Shown here one piece after another: positions 1-15,709 of a DNA stretch of 64,000 nucleotides; the first letter of the stretch is position 1; each line of letters begins with the position of its first letter. Made by a program: the position numbers and the translations under genes. The notes under the pieces are model-generated. The model ran no database searches and was not told the DNA's origin. It saw only the letters and a program-made list of their open reading frames with translations. The stretch is from the NCBI GenBank assembly GCA_002269645.1, contig NIVC01001595.1:56602-120601 (forward strand). Reading direction: 5' to 3'. This DNA comes from Macrostomum lignano (lineage: Eukaryota).

Positions 1-40
<40 letters not shown>

Positions 41-76
41 AATAGATAGATAGATGGATAGATAGATAGATAGATA
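1..76. repeat. (GATA)n microsatellite, truncated by the window start
   Basis: Direct tagata/gata repeats. Confidence 0.95.
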
Positions 77-892
77 TATGGAGGAACTCATCTATGGAGG
101 CTTTGTGGGATTAGAGGAGGAACTCAGGTCGCACAAGAAAAAGATTTCAGAAATTAAATACTAAGGATCTTTCAATCTAATTTTAATCTCAGGTAAAACA
201 TTAGTAAGCAAAAGACTTAGACAGCTGCTGATGGAGAACAGGGAGAGAGCTGCTGCTTGGAAGAAGCGCCATTGTTTACCATCCTCTGCGCTCCCAGCCT
301 CTCCGGTTTCCAAGGCTCCGTTTGAGAGACGTGGAGGGGAGGGGAGGTCGGTTGGAGGAAGGCAGGGGTCGCGCACGGAGGAATCCAGGGTTGCCTTGGA
401 GACCGGGGAGAGATGTCGGGGGAGACAAGCAAAGTGAGGACGGAGAGTTGAACATTTCCCCCCCCCTTAGTAACCCTCCCTCAGCGAAAAACAAAAGATA
501 CGCTTTTCCCCCTTCCTCCATTGTGGGCTATTCATTGTCGAAATGCTTTGTACAGAAATAGCCGTATATTCTAGCAGGGGATATAATTAGGGAAGAGCTT
601 GTTTCAAAAGCACGTTGTACATTGCACAGCTGCGGCTGCTGCTGGGAGGCTTCCAAATCATTTCTTTCCTAAGCCCTCTATCCCGTTGGCCTTGGCAACC
701 GAAACTTAAGAGAAGCTTTAGTTGCAATATGGGGTTGGGAATGCTTGTATTCCCGTAGTCTCAGCTGAGGCCAGAAATTTCTATAGGAAATTCATAGGCG
801 CTTTTTGTAGTGCATTTATTGCTGGTGTTCTGGGAGGCACTAAAGAGAGACCAGTCAATCATTATTAAGTTTTGTGTTGGCCCAATTCGAGT

Positions 893-1935
893 GTCAGGGG
901 TGTCAGGGGGACTGGCGCCAGCTCGGGTGTCAGAGGGACTGGCGCCAGCTCGGGTGTCAAGGGGGACTGGCGGCAATTCCGGTGTCAGGGAGGACTGGCG
1001 GCAATTTGGGTGTCAGGGGGACTGGCGCCAATTCGGGTGTCAAGGGGGACTGGCGCCAATTCGGGTGTCAAGAGGAATGGCGCCAATTCGGTTGTTAGGG
1101 GGGACTGGCGCCAATTCCGGTGTCAGGGAGGACTGGCGCCAATTTGGGTGTCAGGAAGGACTGGCGCCAATTCGGGTGTTAGGGGGGACTGGCACCAATT
1201 CGGGTGTCAGAAGGACTGGCGCCAATTTGGGTGTCATGGGGGACTGGCGCCAATTCGAGTGTTAGGGGGGACTGGCGCCAACTCGGGTGTCAGAAGGAAT
1301 GGCGCCAATTCCGGTGTCAAAGGGGACTGGCGCCAATTCCGGTGTCAAGGGGGACTGGCGCCAATTCGGGTGTCAGGGAGGACTGGCGCCAATTCGGGTG
1401 TCAGGAAGGACTGGCGCCAATTCGGGTGTCAGGGGGGACTGGCGCCAATTCGGGTGTTAATGGGGACTGGCGCCAATTCGGGTGTCAGAAGGACTGGCGC
1501 CAATTTGGGTGTCATGGGGGACTGGCGCCAATTCGAGTGTTAGGGGGGACTGGCGCCAATTCGAGTGTTAGGGGGGACTGGCGCCAATTCGAGTGTTAGG
1601 GGGGACTGGCGCCAACTCGGGTGTCAGAAGGACTGGCGCCAATTCGGGTGTCAGGGGGGACTGGCGCCAATTCGGGTGTTAATGGGGACTGGCGCCAATT
1701 CGGGTGTCAGAAGGACTGGCGCCAATTTGGGTGTCATGGGGGACTGGCGCCAATTCGAGTGTTAGGGGGGACTGGCGCCAATTCGAGTGTTAGGGGGGAC
1801 TGGCGCCAATTCGAGTGTTAGGGGGGACTGGCGCCAATTCGAGTGTTAGGGGGGACTGGCGCCAATTTCGGTGTCAGGGAGGACTGGCGCCAATTCGGGT
1901 GTCAAGGGGGACTGGCGCCAATTCCAGTGTCAGGA
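893..1935. repeat. ~28-bp GC-rich minisatellite (GGGGGACTGGCGCCAATTCGGGTGTCA-like)
   Basis: Constant ACTGGCGCCAATT core repeats ~35 times with variable G-rich linkers. It explains the repetitive GDWRQFGCQ/GTGANSGVR ORFs. Confidence 0.95.
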
Positions 1936-3187
1936 ATAGGCGTCAGGTCCTTTTGCCTTTAGCTCCCGAAGTGGCCGGGATTATTTCCCAATTTCTAGCT
2001 AATAATGCTCAACAATATAACCCAAACACTATTATATTACCCTTCAGTCCAAGTCACAAGGCAGCTGTAATTATTGAGTAACTAATCGAAAAGTACATGC
2101 GGCAACAAAAAGGAACAAAGCAAATAAAGAGCCCAAAGAGCAAAGGAAGAAATGCAATATTGTTGGGAGTGAGACCTGGAGCTTAAGGCAGAGAGAGCCC
2201 TGCTTAGCCGTGTAAGGGAAAGGATGAAGGCGAACGCGCTATGCAAACAGGTCCTCGGGCCTCCAGAGCCTATTAAGTCAACCAAAAAGTCATATTTCCA
2301 AAACCATAAGGTATTGGTCATTGACATGGGAGTGGACGCTTGCTGCACCGTCAAGGCTTAATCCCACTTCTTCCCCCAACCGCCCCCCAGAGAATCAGCC
2401 CAGCTAGCGTTGCCATGGAAACCACCCAGCTCGCTATATGTAGAAAGCTCCAACTCCAACCTGCATTGAGCCAGTCCTATAGTCTCTTTCTGGAGAGGGA
2501 TGGGAGCCGCGCATAGGGTTGAGCACGCGAAGATAGTATCCCCATTGTTCTGAGTCTGCTTCTGGGAAGGCTTCCGCACAGGACAGGAAAAGCAGTGGAA
2601 GCGGACTTCAACTGGGGATAGGGGTATGGCCAAGGTATGGCCAAGGAGAATTTGGAGCAACCAACTATGTTTTGTATTTTTTGCAAGAGTTGTCACTCCA
2701 GACTCTCGTTCTATAGGCCTCCTTGGTCAGGCAGCTTATGATTTTGAGTAAGACAAGGCGAGAAGTAATCAGTTAGGAAAGTGACAGAGCGGCACCGGAT
2801 GAGTTGCCTAGCAGCCGTCTGTTGTATACTGAATTATACAGTTGAAGGCTTTGAACAAAGGGACTGGCATACAATAGGTCTGTGTGCGTAGACTTTTTAT
2901 TTACTTATATACAGGTGCGTGCAGTTGCAGCTGTGGAGATTTTGGGAAAGTGCAATACAACCTGTTTGAATTTGTGGCTGGCAGAGGCCACCTCCGAAGC
3001 GCAGATGTTGCACTTAAGGAAAGACATTGAATGATTGAGAAATGGGTGCGCCATGAGGTTAGAGAGCAAATAAAGTTTAGGACAGGGCTGGGATTAATTC
3101 ATATATTCTTAGAATTGACTTAACGGTCTGCTTCCCGAAAGCCCTAAACAGCTTCAACTCGGTTCTCAATTCTTTTGAAATCAGATA

Positions 3188-4289
<1,102 letters not shown>

Positions 4290-4652
4290 TCTTCTTTTCG
4301 GGATCGCTATAGTCTTTGGGAAAATTTCGATTTGCTATCTGATCAAGCTTAGGCAATTTGGTTGGTTTTTAATACTGGTTTCTTGAAAATTATCTTTGTT
4401 TTCCGAAATTCCCGTGAAATACATGTAGATGACCTGATAAACTTTATAAGACGGGCAACGCCATTTATCTGTTGTTTTTTATCAACCTTGCGTAAAATGG
4501 TTGCTATAGTCAAGATAAGTTACTGTTATTTCTAGTAGTGATGCTGAAATTGTTGGAAATATTTATTTCAAATGTAAAATTAATATTATTTTCAACCGTC
4601 TTGCAATAAATAATAAATAAGACAGCTCGACGAGTACACGTAAGATAAACCT

Positions 4653-4658
4653 AAAAAA
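4653..4658 (-). terminator. RNA polymerase III T6 terminator of tRNA-Glu
   Basis: A6 on plus = TTTTTT on minus, a few nt past the tRNA 3' end. Confidence 0.75.
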
Positions 4659-4663
4659 GTATA

Positions 4664-4735
4664 TTCCCTGACCGGGAGTCGAACCCGGGCCGCCTGGGTG
4701 AGAGCCAGGAATCCTAACCGCTAGACCATCAGGGA
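4664..4735 (-). tRNA. tRNA-Glu (anticodon CTC)
   Basis: Minus strand reads TCCCTGATGGTCTAGCGGTTAGGATTCCTGGCTCTCACCCAGGCGGCCCGGGTTCGACTCCCGGTCAGGGAA. Acceptor stem pairs, anticodon arm is CCTGG-CT-CTC-AC-CCAGG, T-loop is GTTCGA. Confidence 0.97.
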
Positions 4736-5024
4736 CTTATTGAACTGCTGGCTCTAACATTAGAGTTGTTGCTATCTGGGAAAATCCTCTGCTTTTGAAA
4801 TATGCATGTCCCACTCCGAGCTTCCATTGATAAGAATTGTTCCTGTGAAGTTGACTTGCTGCCAAGCGATATTAGCAGAACTGTTCTCGCATTTCTGATA
4901 GCTTGCCTTTAAGATTTGAGTTCTGAGCCTGAGGTTCCAAGCATAAATAGTTCGTTTGTTTATACTTGAGAATGCCAAAATAGCTGACTCTCTCCTATTA
5001 TAGCTCGCACTCGTATCATTGAAT

Positions 5025-6420
5025 TCAAAGCAGCTTGAGTTCCAATCAGCTTGAGTTTCAAGCAACTTGAGTTCCAATCAGCTTGAGTTCCAAGCAACTT
5101 GAGTTCCAATCAGCTTGAGTTCCAAGCAGCTTGAGTTCCAAGCAACTTGAGTTCCAAGCAACTTGAGTTCCAATTAACTTGAGTCCTAAGCAACTTGAGT
5201 TCCAATCAGCTTGAGTTCCAATCAGCTTGAGTTCCAAGCAGCTTGAGTTCCAAGCAACTTGAGTTCCAAGCAGCTTGAGTTCCAAGCAACTTGAGTTCCA
5301 AGCAGCTTGAGTTCCAAGCAACTTGAGTTCCAATTAACTTGAGTTCCAAGCAACTTGAGTTCCAAGCAACTTGAGTCCTAAGCAACTTGAGTTCCAATCA
5401 GCTTGAGTTCCAAGCAACTTGAGTTCCAAGCAACTTGAGTTCCAATTAACTTGAGTCCTAAGCAACTTGAGTTCCAATCAGCTTGAGTTCCAATCAGCTT
5501 GAGTTCCAAGCAACTTGAGTTCCAATTAACTTGAGTTCCAAGCAACTTGAGTCCTAAGCAACTTGAGTTCCAATCAGCTTGAGTTCCAAGCAACTTGAGT
5601 TCCAAGCAACTTGAGTTCCAAGCAACTTGAGTTCCAAGCAACTTGAGTTCCAAGCAACTTGAGTCCTAAGCAACTTGAGTTCCAATCAGCTTGAGTTCCA
5701 AGCAACTTGAGTTCCAAGCAACTTGAGTTCCAAGCAACTTGAGTTCCAAGCAACTTGAGTTCCAAGCAACTTGAGTTCCAATTAACTTGAGTTCCAAGCA
5801 ACTTGAGTTCCAAGCAACTTGAGTTCCAATCAGCTTGAGTTCCAAGCAACTTGAGTTCCAAGCAACTTGAGTTCCAATCAGCTTGAGTTCCAAGCAACTT
5901 GAGTTCCAAGCAACTTGAGTTCCAAGCAACTTGAGTCCTAAGCAACTTGAGTTCCAATCAGCTTGAGTTCCAAGCAACTTGAGTTCCAAGCAACTTGAGT
6001 TCCAAGCAGCTTGAGTTCCAAGCAACTTGAGTTCCAAGCAACTTGAGTTCCAATCAGCTTGAGTTCCAAGCAACTTGAGTTCCAATTAACTTGAGTTCCA
6101 AGCAACTTGAGTTCCAAGCAACTTGAGTTCCAATCAGCTTGAGTTCCAAGCAACTTGAGTTCCAATTAACTTGAGTTCCAATTAACTTGAGTTCCAAGCA
6201 ACTTGAGTTCCAATCAGCTTGAGTTCCAAGCAACTTGAGTTCCAAGCAACTTGAGTTCCAATCAGCTTGAGTTCCAAGCAACTTGAGTTCCAAGCAACTT
6301 GAGTTCCAATCAACTTGAGTTCCAAGCAGCTCGAGTTTCAAGCAACTTGAGTTCCAAGCAGCTCGAGTTTCAAGCAGCTTGAGTTCAAAGCAGCTTGAGC
6401 TCAAAGCAGCTCAAGTTTTA
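5025..6420. repeat. 16-bp minisatellite (ACTTGAGTTCCAAGCA) with interspersed variants
   Basis: About 85 units with CCAAGCA/CCAATCA/CCAATTA/CCTAAGCA variants; source of the ELKLLGTQVAWNSSCL ORFs. Confidence 0.95.
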
Positions 6421-6891
6421 GCTGTCATGTCTGTCTATAGCTACTTGTCTAAATGCATCTTTCCCCAAGTTCACTAGACATTTGAAAATTTTAAGAAGAC
6501 ATTCGGGTTGCTTTGGATTTAGTACGAGGCTTGATCTTAGCAGTGCACATAGCCTTGTCACTATTGTATTTAAAAAAAACAAATTCTGACCTAATTGTCA
6601 TAACTTTAGTTGATGGACTGTTCACTCCAGTTGCAGCATAAATTTACGTGCATCTGCTACAAGAATACATGCATGCACGATGTATCAACAACAACAAGAA
6701 GAATAATTAAAAACACTTTTGGTGTTTTCATGGTGAACATATGCTGTGAATGAATTCTGAATCCACTCAAATAATTCTATTCGAGTTAAAACAGAGAAGT
6801 ACAAGTCCTGTGCAGTATGACTAACCTATTCTAATGGAGTACAAAAACTACTTATTGTGAACTTCATTCGATTTTAAATTTTGATTTCAAG

Positions 6892-8574
<1,683 letters not shown>

Positions 8575-10179
8575 GGCTAAGCTTGATTAATTGTGCTCTG
8601 GCACAGTAGAATGTTAGCTTTTTTGCGGTACAGCAACGCGGGAAGTTTTGGCTCGCCCGATTTCTATCTGATCTGCTTGCTTTTATGGAATCGAGGATTC
8701 CGCAGTTCCGGTCGTTGTTCGCCTCTCTGCACTTTGTACAGCAGGTACAGTTTGACATAACTTTTTTTACTATGGCCAGTTCTTGGAATTCGCGTACAGG
8801 GTTCGAAAGGAAGGAGCTGGGTTCATCACTGCAGTATTCCTTCGTCCTGGATCCTCCTGGCTAAATCAGGATAGAAGATTTTTGCGGCACAAGGGGGTAA
8901 AAGTGAGAGGCAAGACAGGCAGGCAAAGGAGAGAGATGAAAATCGATTGGGACCAAAAGTACAAGCGTTCCAAATGAACAGTGCTTTTTACTGTAGCCGT
9001 CTGTTTCTGTTTTCAGCTTTGTTGGGTGTAACATCCTGTAACTGTATATACTACTGTGTTCTCTCAGCTGCTGTCTGATTCTGGAGATTTTTTCAATGCA
9101 TCATAATCTTCTCAATTTACTGCTTTTATAATTAAAAATCTAGCTTGTTCCTTTAAGGTTGTTGATACCTTATTTCATCAGCACCCGTTGATAAAAAAAC
9201 AGCTGAGTCCAGCCTAGCTGCAGACTGAGAGGTACGATCGAGGCCCAGAGACTGCTGCAAATCAGAGAGATAAGTCAGTCAGAGTGTTGCAGCGAGCCTG
9301 GCCAAGGCGGAGTCTCCCACAAGACGGGCTGAGCAGCAGTCGGCGAGCGGGCGCCCCCGTGCATGCAGGGCACGGAGGCATGCAGTGACTGATCAACAAG
9401 TAGTCTGATGTCGCCTCTGCATGGTATATAGGGTGCGGCCAACGGCTCGGTGTTGCTCAGCCGCTTGGGAAATCGGATGCCCAGGGTGTTCCGCAGGAGT
9501 TGGCGATTACAGTCACGCGAACAGCCTCCAGCCCGTTCCGTCAGCAGCGTCTCAACTTCCGAGCGGAATAGGGCGACCCAGGCTGTCGGTGGTGAGCCGG
9601 CAGTTAATAAAAATGGAGCGAAGAAGGTTGGGAGGCCCACGCGCCAGCTGGTTGTAGTTGTTGGCAATGGCATTCATTGTCAACCATCGAAAATGGCAAT
9701 ACATATAACCCAATGGATGGCATGTCCGAATCTACATTCGAAATAGCATTATTGGTCGAATGTTTAATAAATAAGCTTGAATGAACGAAAATCATTTTTA
9801 CGGGTAACAAAATCTCTCTTTTAATGTGTGAATGAGTACTCGTATTCTTGGAATTCTTGGCCACTTCACAGATTGGCAACATTTGCTAGCTGTAAACGGC
9901 CACGTTGGAAGGCGTGCGAAAAATTTGCTAGGAAGAGACTCGCACAGCTCGACCACGTGCTACTTCGCCAGCGAGAACGACGACGAGTGACTAATTGCGA
10001 TGCAGTGGCATCGTTGGCAGTGCGGTCAGACCATATAGGCTGCTCTACTGCGACCTGCGCCTGAGGGACCCGCTATATCGACCACCGAAAAAACAGCCAA
10101 AGCGCTACTTCCGCACCCAAATAAGCAGGTAAAATTGGTGTTATTAATATCGACTACGTTAATTGAGATGTCTCGGCGG

Positions 10180-10450
10180 CCCGCATAGCAAAATTACGTA
10201 TCAAATAGAAAGTGGGACGTCTCCGATACGTAACTTTTTTGGTTGCAGGAACGTCCTTGATACGTATCCAATTTTTATGATCCTCTAAAGAAGCAGCTCG
10301 TTTCTACAAAAATGGTGAACAGATAATGCTTGTAATTTTATTGATTATTTATATTGGATACGTAATTTTGCTATAGCAGTACCAAAAAAGTTACGTACAT
10401 GTATCGGAGACGTCCCACTTTCTATTGGATACGTAATTTTGCTATGCGGG
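10180..10450. mobile_element. MITE-like element with ~65-bp terminal inverted repeats
   Basis: Left end CCCGCATAGCAAAATTACGTATCAAATAGAAAGTGGGACGTCTCCGATAC..GTAACTTTTTTGGT is the reverse complement of 10381-10450. No ORF; superfamily not determined. Confidence 0.7.
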
Positions 10451-11288
10451 CGGGCCGCGGTGCTAACGGCTAATTAAAATGAATAAATTAGTAGACGCTA
10501 AAGGTTTCAAATAAAGTAGTAACTACAAGAAAAGAGAGAGAGAGAGCGAGGGGGGAAAGGGGGTTGACAAAACACACAAAATGAGCATCAATATATATAT
10601 TGTATTAAAACGCTACATTCGGCTGGTCCATTAGAGGAAAAATCGAAGCACGCACAAAGACCAGTCGCTGTAAAATTAACAAAAGCATAGAGTTAAAGGG
10701 GATACGAAGAATAATCAGCAACGGGAAAACAGCTATTACGCAAGGGGAGAACGGCAATCCTATCACGGGACGGAAAAAGTGGCGAAATGCTGTCCCGGCA
10801 AGGGAGAGCAGTTCCGGAAAATGTTCACGTAAATGTGTGAGCAAAATTAAAAGAATATTAAGAATTTATTACGCAAAATTTATTAACTCAAATTACTGAA
10901 GGGGCAGCTGCCTGCCACAATAACGTAGTGGTCTGGGTTCCGTTATTGCGAGACAGCTAATGATGTGAGATTAGTTACTTTGTGTACAAAGAATACCGTG
11001 CTGGCTGACTATATGCTGCTTTTTTGGTGCTGTTAATGTTAGGCCTAGTGTAAATTGTAAAATTTTAAGAGAAAGAATGTAGCCTAAGACAGTTTAACAA
11101 TGTAATGGCATGGTATGAAATGGTAGGCCTATGAATGGAAATGGATCAAATATTTTATACAGGGTAGGCCTAGGCTATAATGATACCTAGGTAGTCTAAA
11201 GCTCAATGAAGAAACATGAGTAAATTAGGGCCTACTAGGCCTAGTATAGGCCTATGTCTATATCTGAGAGAGGCCCGGCCTACTACTA

Positions 11289-12278
<990 letters not shown>

Positions 12279-12289
12279 TTTAGTATTAG

Positions 12290-12695
12290 GCAGGGACTCC
12301 AGTAAGATTTTGAAAGTTATTTTAATTTCTTTAATAAATATCATTTGCCTAAGTAAAAATATACCCTACTTTTGAAAATTGGTCAAGTAATAAAAAATTT
12401 ACAAAAAAATTGGTATCCTAAAATAGGCTGCTAGGCCTATTATACTATAGGGTCTCCAATCTACACTCTACAGTTGTACTAAGCTTTTGAAAGCTTGAAA
12501 GATTTTAGAAGTAAAAAGCAAATTGCATAACAAAAATATTAGAAATTTAAGTCATTTGATGTAAAAAGTTTTGCAACTTTTATTATTTGACCAATTTTCA
12601 AAGACAAAAGTAAGGTGTCTTTATTTAGGCAATTAAGATTTATAAAAAAATAAGCCTATTTCAAAGGACTTTTGAAATCTCATTAAAGTCCTTAC
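12290..12695. mobile_element. Degenerate AT-rich MITE-like element with ~110-bp inverted ends
   Basis: GCCTAAGTAAAA..TTTTGAAAATTGGTCAAGTAATAAAA (~12345-12395) is an inverted match to TTTTATTATTTGACCAATTTTCAAA..TTATTTAGGC (~12577-12630). Confidence 0.4.
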
Positions 12696-14365
12696 TAATA
12701 TGTATTAGGCAGGCCTAGTTTTTTTATCCCTTATCTATGACATTGATAAAACTATTAGCCTAGTATATTGATATTATATATTAATATATATATATATATA
12801 GGCCTATATATAGCTAAAACATACATGCGCAACAGTTGGCCAAGTCAGCCAATCTAGCTAACCAATTTGGCTGCCAAACAAGGTAAGTTGCAAAAATGCC
12901 CAATCGAATAAATACCCAAGTAGTACTAATACTAAGTAGATAATGAGGCATTTTGCCTTAATAAGACAGTCATAGTTACTCCTGCCGTTTACCCAAAGTT
13001 GCATTTATTTTGCTTTAGGGTTTGTTTTACATATAAGTTGCATTTTGGCCAAAAACTATGTTGCATTTTTTGTTAAAACTAAGTTGCATGGCCAACCAAA
13101 TTTTAAAAGTTGCATATATATGAGCTAAAATAGGCCTTGGCAATCATGCCTAAAAAAGTAGGTCTAGGCCTAACTAAAATGCATACATAAGATCATAGCA
13201 TAGTATTTTACCATTTTCCATTTGCTATATACAATGCTTTAAATTTAGTTTTCTTTTATTAGCAGATATAATTTAGTATATTTAAAGTTGTTTCCTAACT
13301 AATTCACTTTAGATCCATTAGCATTATTAGGAAGATAGTATTTTTCATAGAAAAAATTAGTACAAAAATATGTTATTTAATGTGTATTATGCCAGGGCAT
13401 TCCAATATAATAACAGTTAGAAAGAGGGAAATCTGACATACTATAGCATAAAACAAATAATAGTATAATTTGGTACACAACACAAAATTTTAATAAGACA
13501 AAATAGTCTATTATAGTCCTATTTATAGATAGAAAGTTAGTAGTTTGTTGCCAATGTATTAGTGGCTTTTTTAATTAAAATCAGCAATATATTTTCTTTA
13601 AAACAGATTCAAATATAAGTTTTATTGGTATTTTTCAAACTAAGAAAATACTGATTTGTGCATTTTTGTGTTTTATACAGAAATAGTTCTGGCATAGTAT
13701 AAGTAAACATATTTGATGGGAATAGTTTCAGTGCACAGAGCAAACAAACTTTTTTATAGGATTTGTTCCAATGCAAGAATGCCATGATCTTGACTATAGG
13801 GGCAACAAGGCTAGGCCCCTAACCTATTAAAAAGATAAAAACAGCATTTTGTCAAAATTTTAAGTACAAGTATCCTTAACAAAAGATTAGTAACTAATCA
13901 TTACATTAATATAGCCTAGGTTAATAGGCCTTATTGTCATTAGCATTTCTTTAATAAAATTTAATATTTGCCAGTTCATTATATTATAGATACCATTATA
14001 CATACCATTGCCAATGAAAACCCACATATTAGTTGACACACCCAATAATTGTTCACTAGGCTATCAGTTATTATCAAACAAATTTCTTAGTATTTAGTAT
14101 TTCAGTCTTTTCAAAAATTATAAATATCCTGATTAAAACTACCATTATTAGTGCTTGTACAACCTGCTAATTACATGTCCATTTATTACTTAAATTTTTT
14201 GTTATTTAACATGTGTAATTAGCTTTATTTTTGTTATTATTACATACATAGGTTTCATAAAAACCTATGTTTCTGCTGACAATGGCTGATATGATTTATA
14301 AAGCAAGTATAAACAGTGCCTGTATTTTTCATTCTAACTTTGCAGGATAATTGTTAGCAGCAACC

Positions 14366-15091
14366 ATGCGTTACATTGTACTAGTTGCTGGAGGCTCATT
14401 CAATCCAGTCACTAATATGCACCTGCGCATGTTTGAATTAGCCAGGGATGCTTTAATTAAAACTGGCCAATTCAAAGTCCTTGGCGGTATAGTGTCCCCA
14501 GTGTCTGACGGATATAACAAGCCCGGCTTATTGCCTTCTAAGCATCGGATTGAGATGCTCAAACTGGCTCTGGGCAGAGGCAGCTGTAGCGATGGAATTC
14601 CTAGCAGTTGGATACGGCTGGGCACATGGGAGGCTATTAGATCGCAATGGACTCCAACTAGGAAAGTGTTGGATCATTATCAGCGCAGAATTGATGCAAT
14701 GCTGGCTGACACTGATGAGGCTCAGTTGAATGGACCGCCAGATGAAAAGCGGTCAAGAATCGGTGTGTAAAAACCTTCTATCTTTCTAGAAATCGGCAAA
14801 CTTTCTTTACCTAGCTAATGGAACAGAAGGTTAAAGATGAGAAAAGAGAAATTTGTTAATTTTATGCTTTTTTAGATGAAGAATCCGACGAGCTCGCTTG
14901 GTTGCGCAGTCTGGTGGCCAAACTGCGAGCCAAGGAGAGCCAACCAGATGTCCGCATCATGCTGCTGTGCGGTGGCGACGTGTTGCAGAGCTTCGCTGTG
15001 AAAGGCGTCTGGCAGGAGGAGGACGTGAGTTCTGTTGTGTCTGTCTGTCTCTGTCTGTCTGTCTGTCTGTCTGTCTGCCTGCCTGCCTGCC

Positions 15092-15126
<35 letters not shown>

Positions 15127-15541
15127 GTCTGTCTGTCTGTCTCTCTGTCTCTGTCTGTCTGTCTGTCTCGCTGTCTGTCTGTCTATCTGTCTCTGTCTGT
15201 CTGTCTGTGTCTTTCTGTCTGTCTCTCTGTCTGTCTGTCTGTCTGTGTCTGCCTGTCTGTGTCTGTCTTTATGTCTGTCTGTCTGTCTGTGTCTGTCTGT
15301 CTGTCTGTGTCTGTCTGTCTGTCTCTCTGTCTCTGTCTGTCTGTCTGTCTCTCTGTCTGTCTGTCTATCTGTCTCTGTCTGTCTGTCTGTGTCTTTCTGT
15401 CTGTCTCTCTCTCTGTCTGTCTGTCTGTGTCTGCCTGTCTGTGTCTGTCTTTATGTCTGTCTGTCTGTCTGTGTCTGTTTGTCTGTCTGTCTGTGTGTCT
15501 GTCTGTCTGTCTGTATGTCTGTCTGTCTGTCTGTCTGTCTG

Positions 15542-15580
<39 letters not shown>

Positions 15581-15597
15581 ATGTCTGTCTGTCTGTG

Positions 15598-15628
<31 letters not shown>

Positions 15629-15635
15629 ATATCTA

Positions 15636-15709
<74 letters not shown>

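Noticed and set aside
893-1935. CRISPR-like appearance (constant core with variable linkers) here and at 20050-21283 and 30050-31390
   Set aside because: Linkers are short, related to each other and reused rather than unique spacers. There are no cas genes and the context is eukaryotic.
80-3130. Possible decayed LINE around the 28-bp array (GSETWSL near 2165; QYGVGNAC near 725)
   Set aside because: Only isolated short words in stop-ridden frames; not enough to call without a profile search.
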